Virus record (IMG/VR): IMGVR_UViG_3300042402_003181
Origin: a virus
Direction: 5' to 3' (one strand)
DNA length: 64,000 nucleotides
Made by a program: the position numbers and the translations under genes. Of this stretch, positions 1 to 11,029 are shown piece after piece (position 1 is the stretch's first letter; each line of letters starts with the position of its first letter). The notes below the pieces were generated by a model, which was not told the origin of the DNA, made no database searches, and saw only the letters and a program-made list of their open reading frames with translations.

Positions 1-1
1 T

Positions 2-1315
2 ACAACTATTACAGGAACAATCACTGCAGTATTTACTGGATCAATAACCGGAACTACGCTAACTGTAACTGGAATGACTTCTGGAGTTATTTCTGCAGGC
101 ATGGTGTTAACCGGTGGCGCTATACCTGCAGAAGTGTTTATTGTTTCAAATATAGCAGGAGCAGGGATCAATAGTACATGGTTAATCAATACAACTGTTA
201 GTCAATCTTCTACATTGATAACTGGAACAAAATACACAGTTGAAAATGGACAAATTAATGGTTCGCCAAGTCTAACAGTTACATTTAATGCAGTTAACTA
301 CACTATAAGTTTAACTCAAACGGTTGCGTCTGCTAATATGTTTGCGTACACATTAGGATCTGCAGTAGTAACTCTTACTGCACCAGATGCCATAACAACA
401 GTAATTGTAAATTGTAGAACTGCAGACGGTGTCTTAGGGAATCCTTCTTTTACAAATCGAGGAAATAATTATCAAACTTCAACTACAAGTTGTACAATTA
501 GCGGTAACGGATTTGCAGATATTCCAAGTATTTCTAAATATGTTTATGTTAGCGGGTTGGACGCAGCACCTAGTCCAGGAGCTAGTATTGCAATTTCCGG
601 AAACTCAACACAATTTAAAATTGTTAACATTACTCTAATTTCAACAGGTACTTATTATTTTCAAATTGCACCTGCACTTACTAGAATGACTGCTCCGGTT
701 CATGCCACTGCAGTTGAAATTAGACAAAAATACAGTCAAGTTCGGTTAACTGGTCACGACTTTTTGTTAATTGGAACCGGTAATAAAGAATCGACTAATT
801 TTCCTAATACTGATATTACGTTAGCATTACAGGCATATCAAGTTCAAGAAAATAATCAAGGACGGGTATTTGTAACTGCAACTGATCAAGACGGTAACTT
901 TAAAGTAGGTGGGCAATTTGCAGTACAACAAGCAACTGGTATTGTTACAATTTCGGCAGATTTATTTAACCTAGCAGGATTAAATCAAATTACATTAGGC
1001 GGCGTGCAAATTGGACAAAACACTGTTACAATTACGCAATTTTCAACCGACTCTTACTTTACTGCAAATAGTGATAACATTGTCCCTACACAAAAAGCTA
1101 TTAAATCTTATTTGGCTAGACTAATTAGTAGCGGTGGTGCAAATGCAATGACGTCTATTTTAACTGCTGGTACAGTCGGTATCGGCCCGCAACGCATTTT
1201 TTCATCGTCAAACGATACTATTGTAATGAATAACAATGTTAATTTCACAGGCGGGATTGCCGGTACTATGTTAGCATTGCAATATTTTATGCAATCACCT
1301 GGATCTACTGACTAA
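2..1315 (+). CDS. C-terminal part of a large virion structural (tail/baseplate-associated) protein; 5' end lies upstream of the window
   Basis: Frame is open from base 2 (ACA ACT ATT...) into the ATG at 74. Ends in YSQVRLTGHDFLLIGTG...GRVFVTATDQDGNF...NIVPTQKAIKSY, the same C-terminal module as the 1374-8867 protein. Confidence 0.8.
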   Translation, partial: TTITGTITAVFTGSITGTTLTVTGMTSGVISAGMVLTGGAIPAEVFIVSNIAGAGINSTWLINTTVSQSSTLITGTKYTVENGQINGSPSLTVTFNAVNYTISLTQTVASANMFAYTLGSAVVTLTAPDAITTVIVNCRTADGVLGNPSFTNRGNNYQTSTTSCTISGNGFADIPSISKYVYVSGLDAAPSPGASIAISGNSTQFKIVNITLISTGTYYFQIAPALTRMTAPVHATAVEIRQKYSQVRLTGHDFLLIGTGNKESTNFPNTDITLALQAYQVQENNQGRVFVTATDQDGNFKVGGQFAVQQATGIVTISADLFNLAGLNQITLGGVQIGQNTVTITQFSTDSYFTANSDNIVPTQKAIKSYLARLISSGGANAMTSILTAGTVGIGPQRIFSSSNDTIVMNNNVNFTGGIAGTMLALQYFMQSPGSTD

Positions 1316-1373
1316 ATATTGAAAATTAGTAATATCAAATGAATAAATATAATAAAGAATTTTGGAGCATTGA

Positions 1374-4300
1374 ATGGCTGAATTTAAACTAGGTAGAATA
1401 CGATTCATATGGAAAGATGAGTGGACTCCATCCACATCTTATCTACGAGATGATGTTGTTAGAAACGGTGGTAAAGCATACGTTTGTATAGCAGGGCATA
1501 CTAGCTCTGTTTTGTTTACAACTGATTTAACCGGTATTCCTACAAAATGGAATCAAGTATCTGACGGTACTACATGGAGATCAAACTGGACAGTTAACAC
1601 ATATTACAATTTAAATGATTTAGTAAAATATGGTGGAATTGTATATATCTGTAATAATAGTCACAACTCTGCAGCAACTCTTGTATTAGGCCTTGAAGCA
1701 AATCAAAGCAATTGGACATTATATGCAACTAGCTTTGATTGGAAATCAACTTGGACAGTATCAACAAGATATAAAAAGAATGATGTTGTAAAATATAGTG
1801 GTAGAAATTATGTGTGTAATGCTGGTCATACTTCTGCAGCAACATCTGCGCTGGGTCTTGAAAATGATCAAGGTAAATGGGATTTATTTACTGATGGTTT
1901 TACATGGTTAACTGATTGGACAGTATCAACAAGATATAAAGTAAATGATGTTGTAAAGTATGGAGGACAGACATATGTGTGTAATGCTGGTCATACTTCT
2001 GCAGCAACCGCTACGTTAGGTCTTGAAAATGATCAAGGTAAATGGGATTATTTCCATAAAGGTGTTAATTATTTAGGTCAATGGAGTGGAAGTTCTGTTC
2101 GTTATACAGTTAATGACTTAGTAAACTACGGTGCCGATGTTTGGATATGTACAACATACCATACATCATCTACACTATTTGAAGAATCAAACTGGGCAAG
2201 ATTTGTTGAAGGGTTAACTTATGAAGATTCATGGGATAACGCAACACTTTATCAGCCTGGAGATATTGTTGGGTACGGTGGTTATTCATATATTAGTAAA
2301 ACTAATAATTCAAATAAAACTCCTACTGCTAACGCAAGTGATTGGTCTTTATTTACAACCGGATTTTCGTTTATTGGAGATTGGGCATCTGGGCAATCAT
2401 ATTTAGTTGGTGATGTTTTACGAAATGGTGCGTACACTTACGTAGTTACAGCTGATCACACTTCTGCATCTAACAATCAACCACCAAATGTTACTTATTG
2501 GTCAAGATTAAACTCAGGGGTAAAATGGGCAAATACTAATAAGACATATACTGCATTAGCAGGTACAAACATAACAGCTGCTGGCAGCTCTGCAACATTT
2601 GATGTTAGTACAATTGGTACTTCTTACACTGTTACTAAAAATGCAGGTGGTACTGGATATGCTGCAAATACAACCATTAAGATATTAGGTACACAAGTTG
2701 GCGGGTTATCACCGTTTAATGACGTGTTAATTACTGTTGCTACTGTTTCGGGTAATGCAATTGCTACTATTACAGCAACTGGCTATGCAGCAACATGGGA
2801 TACTAGTGTTAACTATGTGTTAGGCGATACTATAAGTGTTGGACCAAACAGTTATATTTGTATTTTAGCACATACAAGTGCAAGTGGTAACAGACCGGAT
2901 GTTGATGTATCAGGACAGTACTGGAATGTGATTGCTGCGGGTGCGCAAGACTCGGTGTTAACAACAGCTGGTGATATACCATACATGAGTCAAAGTGGTC
3001 CTACACGATTAGCAATCGGTGACCCTGGTCAGGTGTTAAAAGTTTCACCAACGTTACTACCATCGTGGGGATATTTTGGTGTTATTGATCAAATTTATTA
3101 TGTTGGGCAGACTGGCTTAAATAATCCAGCACCAAGTTATGGCGCAACTTTAGATCGTCCGTGGTTAACTGTTAGATATGCAGCTGAACAAGTTACAAAC
3201 GGACCATTAAATCCAAATGCAAAATATTTCTTAACAAATAACCGGGCATATATTCAAAAAGAAGTTATTGGATGGATTAATTCACAAATAACTAATAATA
3301 CACTACCATTTACATCAGCATTTACTTATAATGAAAGTAAATGTGAGCGTGATATTGGCTATGTAGTTGATGCGTTAGCTTATGACTTATCGCATGGTGG
3401 CAATGCTAAAGTTGTAGAAGTTGCTCAATCGTATGTATCCGGAAGTTACACTGTATTAGGTACCCAATCAAGCCAAGATGTTGCTGGATATAACTATATG
3501 TTGTCTGTTATTAATTCAGTAATTGCAAGTACTTCACCAAATACTTCATATCAAGCAACAGTAACAAGAGTTTCAAATAATCTTAAACCTGTTGAACCTG
3601 GCGTAGTTACATTGTTATCAAATTTAGTAGGTGTTATCACAGCAGCAATTACTGCCGGTGTAAGTACAAATATTCCGGCGGTTGTTAGTACAACTTATTC
3701 TATTTTTGTTAAAACAGGGATTTACTATGAAACACTTCCAATTATTGTTCCAGATAATACGTCAATTATTGGAGACGAATTACGATCAACAAATATTAGA
3801 CCGTCCCCGTCGTTAATTGCAAGTAACGATATTGCAAAATCAATTTCAGCAGTTACATATATTCAATCAATTACGTCAGATATTATATCAAACACTACAG
3901 TTGCATCGCCGTATCAGGTTACAGTTTCTCAAGATGTGCATTTGCCAGCAGGATCTGTCGGTAGTACGTCTGCAGTAACTGCAGTATCGGAAAATGCCGA
4001 TGTAATGTACACAATTCTCAATGGCGGTACAGTGTCAGCACCTCCTTATACATACACCGACCCAACAAGTTATAATACTGGATTTTTAAATGCTAGACGA
4101 TTAATTAATGCTAACAAACAATTTTTAAAAGATGAAGTTACTGCATTTATGGTACTTAATTACAGTTCAATATGGACTATGTTAGGTCCAGCAGGTCAAG
4201 CATCATGTACGCGTGATATTGGCTATATTGTTGATGCAGTATACTACGATTTAACATACGGGACTACTCTTATTCCTTGTAATTTAGCTACAACAATTGT

Positions 4301-7300
4301 TGCAAGATCATATTATAGCAATAATAATTTTGTTGAATTAATTACTGAAAAACCTGCAGCATTGGCTGTTCAAGATAGAATTAAAACAATTATCGCAAGC
4401 ATTGCACAAGGCACTGCGATTACTAGAACTACCGGAAACACTACTACGCAAGATGTTAGTGGTTCGGGAGGTTCGACGAATGCTGGTACATTTGCACAAG
4501 ATCGTATTCAAGAAATTTATAATACTATAAACACCGGAATTACACCAACATTACTTGCACCAACAACAAGTTGGGTTGCTAGCGGTCTAGTTGCAGCAAA
4601 TACTGCATTACAAGCAGCAAAATCACAAATACAACTTGATTGTCTAGCGTATGTTAAAGCGCATAATGCAACATTATTGTTTAATCAAACTACGTGTTCG
4701 CGAGATGTTGGATATATGATTGACGCAATTGGGTATGATATGATGTTTGGAAGTAATTTCTTATCATGTCAAACTGGCATGTCGTATTACAGAGCAGTAG
4801 CGTCGGCACAAATTGTATTATCAGGACAAAAATCTGCAACTTTAGGAATGATAACGTTCTTAAAATATACTGCAAAATATATTGCAGCATCGGGATCAGC
4901 AGCACTTGCTAATGCATTGTGGACAGATGTTATTGCAAATATGAGCGGAACAAGTGTTCCAAATGCAGGCAGCAACTTTACAAATGCAAGTAATGACGCA
5001 ATTAATGGCGCATATCAGTTGCTTGCAAATGCTGATTTTCTTGCAGCTGAATCAGTTGCGTATATTAATACATTTAATACTACTGTTACTGCAAGTTCAA
5101 CTACTACATTCACATGTACAAGCACCAGTTGGATGGTAGCCGGAGACAAAATTACATTTACTGGATCAATATTTGGTGGAATTAATTTAAGTGTTAACTA
5201 TTATATTCATACAGTAGTTAACGGAGTTTCGTTTAAAATTTCATCTACAGTAGGTGGATCTGCAGAAACCTTAACTACTGGTACTGGATCTATGATTGTT
5301 TCTTATGTTTATGATCCAATTTCGTGTGCAAGAGATATGAAAATTTTAGTAACTTCAGTTGCTAATGACATTATTAATATTGGAAATTATTCATCTCAAT
5401 GGAGTGCAGCGTGTTATTCAACTGCAGTATCTGGTTCTCTGTTATCTGATATGTTCTATGTTAGAAATTCAACAGGTATTAGGAATTTAACAGTACAGGG
5501 ATTAACTGGCACTTTAGGACCTGTAAATAGCTATGGTACAAAACGTCCAACTGCTGGCGCATATGTTAGTTTAGACCCAGGTTGGGGACCAAATGATAGA
5601 CGTACCTGGATTACATCACGGTCACCGTATATTCAAAATGTTACAACATTTGGTACAGGGTGTATTGGGTTAAAGATTGATGGAACTATACACAGTGGCG
5701 GAAACCGTTCTGTTGTAGCAAACGACTTTACTCAAATTTTAAGTGACGGTATTGGTGTTTGGTGTACTGGTTCACAATCATTAACTGAATTAGTATCTGT
5801 GTTTTCGTACTACGGATATATGGGATACTTAGCTGAGAACGGCGGTAAAATTCGTGCTACTAATGGTAACAGCTCGTATGGTACGTATGGCACAGTTGCT
5901 GAAGGTGTTGATATTTATGAAACTCCATTGATTGCAACGGTTAACAATTATGCTAACCAAGCACTTATTACTAATGTAATAACTAACGCAGTTGATAGAA
6001 TTTACAGAGTTGAATTCTTAAATGCTGGTACAAAGTACAATACTGCTACATTTTCATTTAGTGGAACAGGTTACGGTGCAGTATCAGTTGCTAACGAATT
6101 TAGAGATAACGCAGTGTTTGAAACAAAATTGTTATCAAATGGTGAAAATTATGTAACATCTGCTAACACTGGACAGTCAGGCAATACTACATCAATAACC
6201 ATTGCTGCAGTTGATTTGGCAATTAATTCAACATATATTGGAATGAGCATTCAAATAACTAGTGGTTTAGGAACAGGACAATACGGCTATATTGTAAGAT
6301 ATAATTCAGGATCTAAAGTAGCAATGGTTGCAAAAGAAAGTTTCAGTGCAATAGTTGCAACCGGAACGACTGTTACTTCAAATCTAATCACAGTTCCGAG
6401 TACTGCTACATTATATGTTAACATGCCGGTTATATTTACCGGAACTGCAATTGGTGGATTAGCAGTTGGAACAGTGTACTATGTAATTTCTACAGGATTT
6501 ACATCAACTCAATTTTCAGTTAGCACAAGCGTTGGAGGATCAGCAGTTACTTTATCGACAATAACTGCAAGTACAATGACTTTAAATGCTGCAGGATGGG
6601 ATCATGTGGTATCAGGTACTCCAATTCTAGCAGCGTTAGATACTACCTCATCGTATATAATTGAACCAAGAGTACAATTTGCAAGTCCTGGTTATTCTGC
6701 AACGTCAGTAACACAACAAAATGCTGCATGGATTGATTCAATTTACGGGGATATTAATACTACGTATACAGCAGTATCACCGACTGGGGGTGCTGGTACA
6801 AGTGCAACATTTAATATAGTTAAAACTGGTGTATCATATGCAGTTACTTTAAATGCAGGCGGTATTAATTATGTTAAAGACAATGTATTAACTATATTAG
6901 GTACGAGTTTAGGCGGAGCTGCTCCATTAAACAACTTAACGATTACTGTAAATAACGTTGTAAACGGTGTTATTAGTAACTTTACATATAACGGTTTAGG
7001 AGCTGGCGGTAATTATGTTGCAATCGCAGGTTCAGGTACATTAACTCAATATAGTGTTGATGGTACTAATTGGGTCACAGGAGGAGCTCTTCCAGTTAGT
7101 TCGTCATGGACTGCAGTAACTTATGGTACATTAAGCGGAGTAGGTACATGGGTTGCAGTACAAAACGGATCATTAAATACTGCAAAAAGTGTAGATGGCG
7201 GCGCAACATGGTCAAGTGCAGGATCGTTATCAACAACAGGTAATTGGTCAGATGTTGCATACGGCAATAATAGATACATTGCAGTGTTATCCGGATCAGC

Positions 7301-8867
7301 TACTGCTAATATTACATCAAATGCTACTGTATGGACATCAACTGGTGCATTACCTACGCCTACTACGTGGACTAGTGTTGCATATGGAGCAGGTACATGG
7401 GTAGCAATTGCAAGTGGTGGCACATCTGCTGCATATTCAATTAATGACGGAACTTCATGGACACCTGCAGCATTACCAGTTGCTGCAACGTGGAAAAGTG
7501 TTACGTATGGTAATGGTAAATTTGTAGCAATTGCAAGTGGAAGTACTATTGCTGCATATTCGTTAAATGGTATCACATGGTACTCAAGTCAGCCGTTGCC
7601 AGCATCGCAAGCATGGACACAAGTAAAATACGGACAAGGTGTATTCTTTGCAGTAGCAACCGGTACTACAACTATTGCTGCATCGTCAGAAGATGGAATT
7701 GCATGGATTAGCAGAACGTTATTAACATCAACATCTTGGCCTACTGTATCATTTGGTAATCCAAATAGTACTCCAATTTGGGCAGCGTTATCAAGTGCAA
7801 CTACGACTGCTAACAATATTGTTACTGGTGCAACGGCTCAAGGTCGTGTTAAAGTATCGTCAGGTTCTATATCAGAATTTAGAATTGTTGAACCTGGAAG
7901 CGGTTACAATGCAATACCAATTGTAACTGTAACTGACTCAAACGTAACCGCTCCATTTACATGGCAAGTAAGAACAGGGGTAGGTGTATTAGCAAACCCG
8001 ACATTTAATAATAGAGGAACCCAGTATTCAGTTGCATCTGCAAGCGTAATTGGTAACGGATATGCTGATATGTTCCAACCAGGAAATTATGTTAATATTT
8101 CAGGTTTAGCATCAGCTCCAATTCCAGGTTCAAATGTTGTATTTACTGGGGATCCAACTTATTATAAATTGGTTGCAGTATTGAATTATATGGGGACTGG
8201 CGGAGGGCAATCCCCATATAACGCCACACTACAGCTAAGTCCTGCAGTACCAATTGCAAATGCGCCAGCACACGGAGTTATTGCAACTATGCGAATTCAA
8301 TATAGTCAAGTTCGATTAACAGGACACGACTTTTTAAATATTGGAACTGGTAATTTTCCAAGCACTAACTTCCCTGGTGCACCTGCATTAGCAGTTGATT
8401 CAGAAAAACAAACTGTGGCATTTGGCGGCGGACGGGTATTCTATACAAGCACTGACCAAGATGGTAACTTTACGGTAGGTAATTTGTTCTCAGTACAACA
8501 ATCAACTGGTGTTGCAACATTGAATGCAGATGCATTTAACATCGCAGGGTTAAATCAGTTAACATTAGGTTCAGTAACATTAGGCGGCACAAGTGCTACT
8601 ATTACTTCATTTTCAACTGATCCGTATTTTACAGCAAATAGCGATAATGTAATACCAACACAAAAAGCTATTAAATCATATATTAGTAGCCAAATCGGTG
8701 GAGGTGGTAGTTCTCTGAACGTAAATACAATAACCGCAGGTGTTGTGTATATTGCAGGCAACACTATTTCAACAACAACGGGTGTACAGATCAATGTAGC
8801 AAACACTATGAATTTCATAGGCGGTGTATCTGGATCACCGCTAGCAATGAACTTCTTATTATCTTAA
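1374..8867 (+). CDS. 2497-aa modular virion structural/tail-fibre-like protein: N-terminal carbohydrate-binding-like W..Y..D.V...G..Y.C...HTS repeats, helical CxRD repeats, beta-helix-like region, beta-propeller-like repeats, conserved C-terminal module
   Basis: ORF track; GGAG RBS and AATAAATA upstream; repeats visible in the translation (e.g. WTVSTRYKVNDVVKYGGQTYVCNAGHTS, WTSVAYGAGTWVAIASGG). Confidence 0.8.
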   Translation: MAEFKLGRIRFIWKDEWTPSTSYLRDDVVRNGGKAYVCIAGHTSSVLFTTDLTGIPTKWNQVSDGTTWRSNWTVNTYYNLNDLVKYGGIVYICNNSHNSAATLVLGLEANQSNWTLYATSFDWKSTWTVSTRYKKNDVVKYSGRNYVCNAGHTSAATSALGLENDQGKWDLFTDGFTWLTDWTVSTRYKVNDVVKYGGQTYVCNAGHTSAATATLGLENDQGKWDYFHKGVNYLGQWSGSSVRYTVNDLVNYGADVWICTTYHTSSTLFEESNWARFVEGLTYEDSWDNATLYQPGDIVGYGGYSYISKTNNSNKTPTANASDWSLFTTGFSFIGDWASGQSYLVGDVLRNGAYTYVVTADHTSASNNQPPNVTYWSRLNSGVKWANTNKTYTALAGTNITAAGSSATFDVSTIGTSYTVTKNAGGTGYAANTTIKILGTQVGGLSPFNDVLITVATVSGNAIATITATGYAATWDTSVNYVLGDTISVGPNSYICILAHTSASGNRPDVDVSGQYWNVIAAGAQDSVLTTAGDIPYMSQSGPTRLAIGDPGQVLKVSPTLLPSWGYFGVIDQIYYVGQTGLNNPAPSYGATLDRPWLTVRYAAEQVTNGPLNPNAKYFLTNNRAYIQKEVIGWINSQITNNTLPFTSAFTYNESKCERDIGYVVDALAYDLSHGGNAKVVEVAQSYVSGSYTVLGTQSSQDVAGYNYMLSVINSVIASTSPNTSYQATVTRVSNNLKPVEPGVVTLLSNLVGVITAAITAGVSTNIPAVVSTTYSIFVKTGIYYETLPIIVPDNTSIIGDELRSTNIRPSPSLIASNDIAKSISAVTYIQSITSDIISNTTVASPYQVTVSQDVHLPAGSVGSTSAVTAVSENADVMYTILNGGTVSAPPYTYTDPTSYNTGFLNARRLINANKQFLKDEVTAFMVLNYSSIWTMLGPAGQASCTRDIGYIVDAVYYDLTYGTTLIPCNLATTIVARSYYSNNNFVELITEKPAALAVQDRIKTIIASIAQGTAITRTTGNTTTQDVSGSGGSTNAGTFAQDRIQEIYNTINTGITPTLLAPTTSWVASGLVAANTALQAAKSQIQLDCLAYVKAHNATLLFNQTTCSRDVGYMIDAIGYDMMFGSNFLSCQTGMSYYRAVASAQIVLSGQKSATLGMITFLKYTAKYIAASGSAALANALWTDVIANMSGTSVPNAGSNFTNASNDAINGAYQLLANADFLAAESVAYINTFNTTVTASSTTTFTCTSTSWMVAGDKITFTGSIFGGINLSVNYYIHTVVNGVSFKISSTVGGSAETLTTGTGSMIVSYVYDPISCARDMKILVTSVANDIINIGNYSSQWSAACYSTAVSGSLLSDMFYVRNSTGIRNLTVQGLTGTLGPVNSYGTKRPTAGAYVSLDPGWGPNDRRTWITSRSPYIQNVTTFGTGCIGLKIDGTIHSGGNRSVVANDFTQILSDGIGVWCTGSQSLTELVSVFSYYGYMGYLAENGGKIRATNGNSSYGTYGTVAEGVDIYETPLIATVNNYANQALITNVITNAVDRIYRVEFLNAGTKYNTATFSFSGTGYGAVSVANEFRDNAVFETKLLSNGENYVTSANTGQSGNTTSITIAAVDLAINSTYIGMSIQITSGLGTGQYGYIVRYNSGSKVAMVAKESFSAIVATGTTVTSNLITVPSTATLYVNMPVIFTGTAIGGLAVGTVYYVISTGFTSTQFSVSTSVGGSAVTLSTITASTMTLNAAGWDHVVSGTPILAALDTTSSYIIEPRVQFASPGYSATSVTQQNAAWIDSIYGDINTTYTAVSPTGGAGTSATFNIVKTGVSYAVTLNAGGINYVKDNVLTILGTSLGGAAPLNNLTITVNNVVNGVISNFTYNGLGAGGNYVAIAGSGTLTQYSVDGTNWVTGGALPVSSSWTAVTYGTLSGVGTWVAVQNGSLNTAKSVDGGATWSSAGSLSTTGNWSDVAYGNNRYIAVLSGSATANITSNATVWTSTGALPTPTTWTSVAYGAGTWVAIASGGTSAAYSINDGTSWTPAALPVAATWKSVTYGNGKFVAIASGSTIAAYSLNGITWYSSQPLPASQAWTQVKYGQGVFFAVATGTTTIAASSEDGIAWISRTLLTSTSWPTVSFGNPNSTPIWAALSSATTTANNIVTGATAQGRVKVSSGSISEFRIVEPGSGYNAIPIVTVTDSNVTAPFTWQVRTGVGVLANPTFNNRGTQYSVASASVIGNGYADMFQPGNYVNISGLASAPIPGSNVVFTGDPTYYKLVAVLNYMGTGGGQSPYNATLQLSPAVPIANAPAHGVIATMRIQYSQVRLTGHDFLNIGTGNFPSTNFPGAPALAVDSEKQTVAFGGGRVFYTSTDQDGNFTVGNLFSVQQSTGVATLNADAFNIAGLNQLTLGSVTLGGTSATITSFSTDPYFTANSDNVIPTQKAIKSYISSQIGGGGSSLNVNTITAGVVYIAGNTISTTTGVQINVANTMNFIGGVSGSPLAMNFLLS
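1751..2048 (+). repeat. Intragenic tandem duplication, 165-nt (55-aa) period
   Basis: ttggacagtatcaacaagatataaa...tatgtgtgtaatgctggtcatacttctgcagcaac...ggtcttgaaaatgatcaaggtaaatgggatt occurs at 1751-1883 and 1916-2048 with high nucleotide identity. Confidence 0.9.
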
Positions 8868-8882
8868 CAAGGAAAAACAAAT

Positions 8883-9206
8883 ATGGCAACAGGAAGATTA
8901 GGCGCAGTGAATCTTGTAGCAGGAACAGATACGTTATTGTATACTGTTCCTGCTGGGACTTTCACAGTAGCAACAGTATCGATAGTAAATAGAAGTAACG
9001 TTTCGGTTACTGTGAGAATTGGTTTATCTACATCAACAACAACAATCGGTGCTTCTGAATTTATTGAGTATGACACTGAATTGCTACCAAAGGGTGTACT
9101 TGAACGAACAGGGTTAGTACTTGATGCAACTAAAACTATTTTAGTTAGATCAAGTACAGCAAACGTAAATGCAGTTGCATACGGAATTGAGACCCCAACG
9201 TCATAA
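8883..9206 (+). CDS. Small beta-rich virion structural protein (107 aa)
   Basis: ORF with AAGGA RBS; sequence type (LYTVPAG...VSIVNR...V.VR) typical of small tail-associated proteins of large myophages. Confidence 0.65.
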   Translation: MATGRLGAVNLVAGTDTLLYTVPAGTFTVATVSIVNRSNVSVTVRIGLSTSTTTIGASEFIEYDTELLPKGVLERTGLVLDATKTILVRSSTANVNAVAYGIETPTS

Positions 9207-9228
9207 ATACACTAACGAGGACATTTAA

Positions 9229-9555
9229 ATGGGAAGATATATAACAACAACAGGGACCGCAGGTGCAGTAAATAGATCAGTAAGTACTACATACACTGCA
9301 CAGGTAAATGATAGAATTATCTGTACAGCCGGCGGTTTTACAATTACATTACCAAATAGTGCAACTTGCATTGATGGTGATACAATTCAAATACTCGATG
9401 TTACTGGAGTATTTGGATCAAGTAACGTTACTGTAGCACGAAGCGGTGCTGCAAATATACAAAATTTAGCAGAAAATTTAATATTAAACATTAATAATGC
9501 ATCCATTACACTACTTTATACAGTATCAAATGGTTGGATTATTGCTGGCAAGTAA
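9229..9555 (+). CDS. Small tail-fibre/baseplate-associated protein (108 aa)
   Basis: GAGG RBS, CATAAATA upstream; FTITLP...GDTIQILDVTG.F...NVTVAR module common in T4-like fibre proteins. Confidence 0.65.
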   Translation: MGRYITTTGTAGAVNRSVSTTYTAQVNDRIICTAGGFTITLPNSATCIDGDTIQILDVTGVFGSSNVTVARSGAANIQNLAENLILNINNASITLLYTVSNGWIIAGK

Positions 9556-9565
9556 GGAGCAGTGA

Positions 9566-10342
9566 ATGGCAAATTTACGAGATTTATCGTTAATTGTTCC
9601 ACCAGTTTTTGCATCGTATGCGCCTAAACAATTAATGATTATGAACGGCAGAGAAGGGGTTGGTGTTACAACCGGAAACACTTGCTGTTGCTGGATAGTG
9701 CCGTCAGGTACAACTTGGGCTACATTTGAAGTATACGGGTCCGGCGGAGACGGCGCTGGTGGGTGTTGTTGTATGGGATCATGCATGGCATCCGGCAATG
9801 GTATGTACGTAGTAAAAACTATTCAAACATGCGGCTGCGCATTTTATAATATTTGTGTTGGTATGTCAGGTTGTTGTTCACCAAACTGTTGCGGCACATG
9901 TGGGTTTCCTAGTTATGTTACAAACACTGCAGGTTCTATGGTTGCGTGTGCTAGTGGAGGAGTAGGCGGTACTACCGGTTGTTGGATGATGTCACAAGCA
10001 AGCTATCAAGGAATTAACTGTGGTGGTAGAGTTTGCGGGTGTTGTGGTCTTGGAGATATGCAATATCCAAGTATGACTCAAGGATCCAAACATAGTAGCT
10101 ATTGTGCAAACCATAATTTTCCATTTTTGTCGGGTACTTATCAATATGCACCAAATACTAGACACGGGCAAGATGACTGTTCGGTTGGGTATGCAGGATC
10201 AGGTTGTATGAAATGGTGTGCATCACCGTCTAATGCAACATCATGGCCCGGCGGCGGCGGTGCAAACGGTCTCGGATGTGGTGGCGCTTGTTGTTGGGGA
10301 AGTTGGGGTACACCTGGAATGGTTTTAATTACATACGGATAA
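9566..10342 (+). CDS. Cys-rich/Gly-rich fibre-tip-like protein A (28 Cys in 258 aa)
   Basis: AAGGAG RBS; CCC motifs; W.VP.G.TWATFEVYG.GG.G and G..GMV.ITY framework of phage Gly-rich domains. Confidence 0.75.
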   Translation: MANLRDLSLIVPPVFASYAPKQLMIMNGREGVGVTTGNTCCCWIVPSGTTWATFEVYGSGGDGAGGCCCMGSCMASGNGMYVVKTIQTCGCAFYNICVGMSGCCSPNCCGTCGFPSYVTNTAGSMVACASGGVGGTTGCWMMSQASYQGINCGGRVCGCCGLGDMQYPSMTQGSKHSSYCANHNFPFLSGTYQYAPNTRHGQDDCSVGYAGSGCMKWCASPSNATSWPGGGGANGLGCGGACCWGSWGTPGMVLITYG

Positions 10343-10354
10343 AGAGGATATAGT

Positions 10355-11029
10355 ATGGCAGAAAATACAAATATAGAAAAAACGTTTACATATGATATTG
10401 CCGACCAATATTTATACCAAACAAATAAATTAAAAAGAAAAGCAGAATGGACGTATAAAGGTCCTGACAAGCTTTGGATTTTTATTGACAGTTCTACTAA
10501 TAAAATTAGTAGTAGATTTCATTATACTGAACGAGATGAGGGTGCAGATGTACCTACCCCAGACGGACAAATTAAAGTGTTAGTAGATGCAACAGTAAAT
10601 CCAGATATTGCAAGTTTAATTCATAACGAATGGGATTACGGATCATTGCCGCATACTACCGAAGAATTACCTAACGGTGCAGTGTATGGTCATCCGGATC
10701 CGATTCCGCCTGATCATACATACGAGTTAACTGAAATTACGTATGATACTAAAAAAAGTAAATTTGTTAAACCGTATCCATGGAAACAACCACATGTATC
10801 GTGGGATGACATTAGTGATCAACGTAATAATTGCTTATCATGGTCAGATCTTCAATATGTACAAGCACCTGAAAATAAAAAAATTGAATGGGAAGAATTT
10901 CGTCAAACGTTAAGAGACTTGCCAACAGTGTTTAAAGATATTGATCCATGGAAAGTTCCATTTCCACATCATCCGGGATCAGAGCCTCCTGTTTTTAGAG
11001 TTGGAGAACCAACTACTGGGAGTACATAA
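10355..11029 (+). CDS. Tail-fibre assembly chaperone-like protein A
   Basis: C-terminal WDDISDQRNNCLSWSD...W.EFRQTLRDLP resembles the phage tail assembly chaperone motif (R..RN.LL..SD...W..YRQ.LRDLP). Confidence 0.75.
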   Translation: MAENTNIEKTFTYDIADQYLYQTNKLKRKAEWTYKGPDKLWIFIDSSTNKISSRFHYTERDEGADVPTPDGQIKVLVDATVNPDIASLIHNEWDYGSLPHTTEELPNGAVYGHPDPIPPDHTYELTEITYDTKKSKFVKPYPWKQPHVSWDDISDQRNNCLSWSDLQYVQAPENKKIEWEEFRQTLRDLPTVFKDIDPWKVPFPHHPGSEPPVFRVGEPTTGST

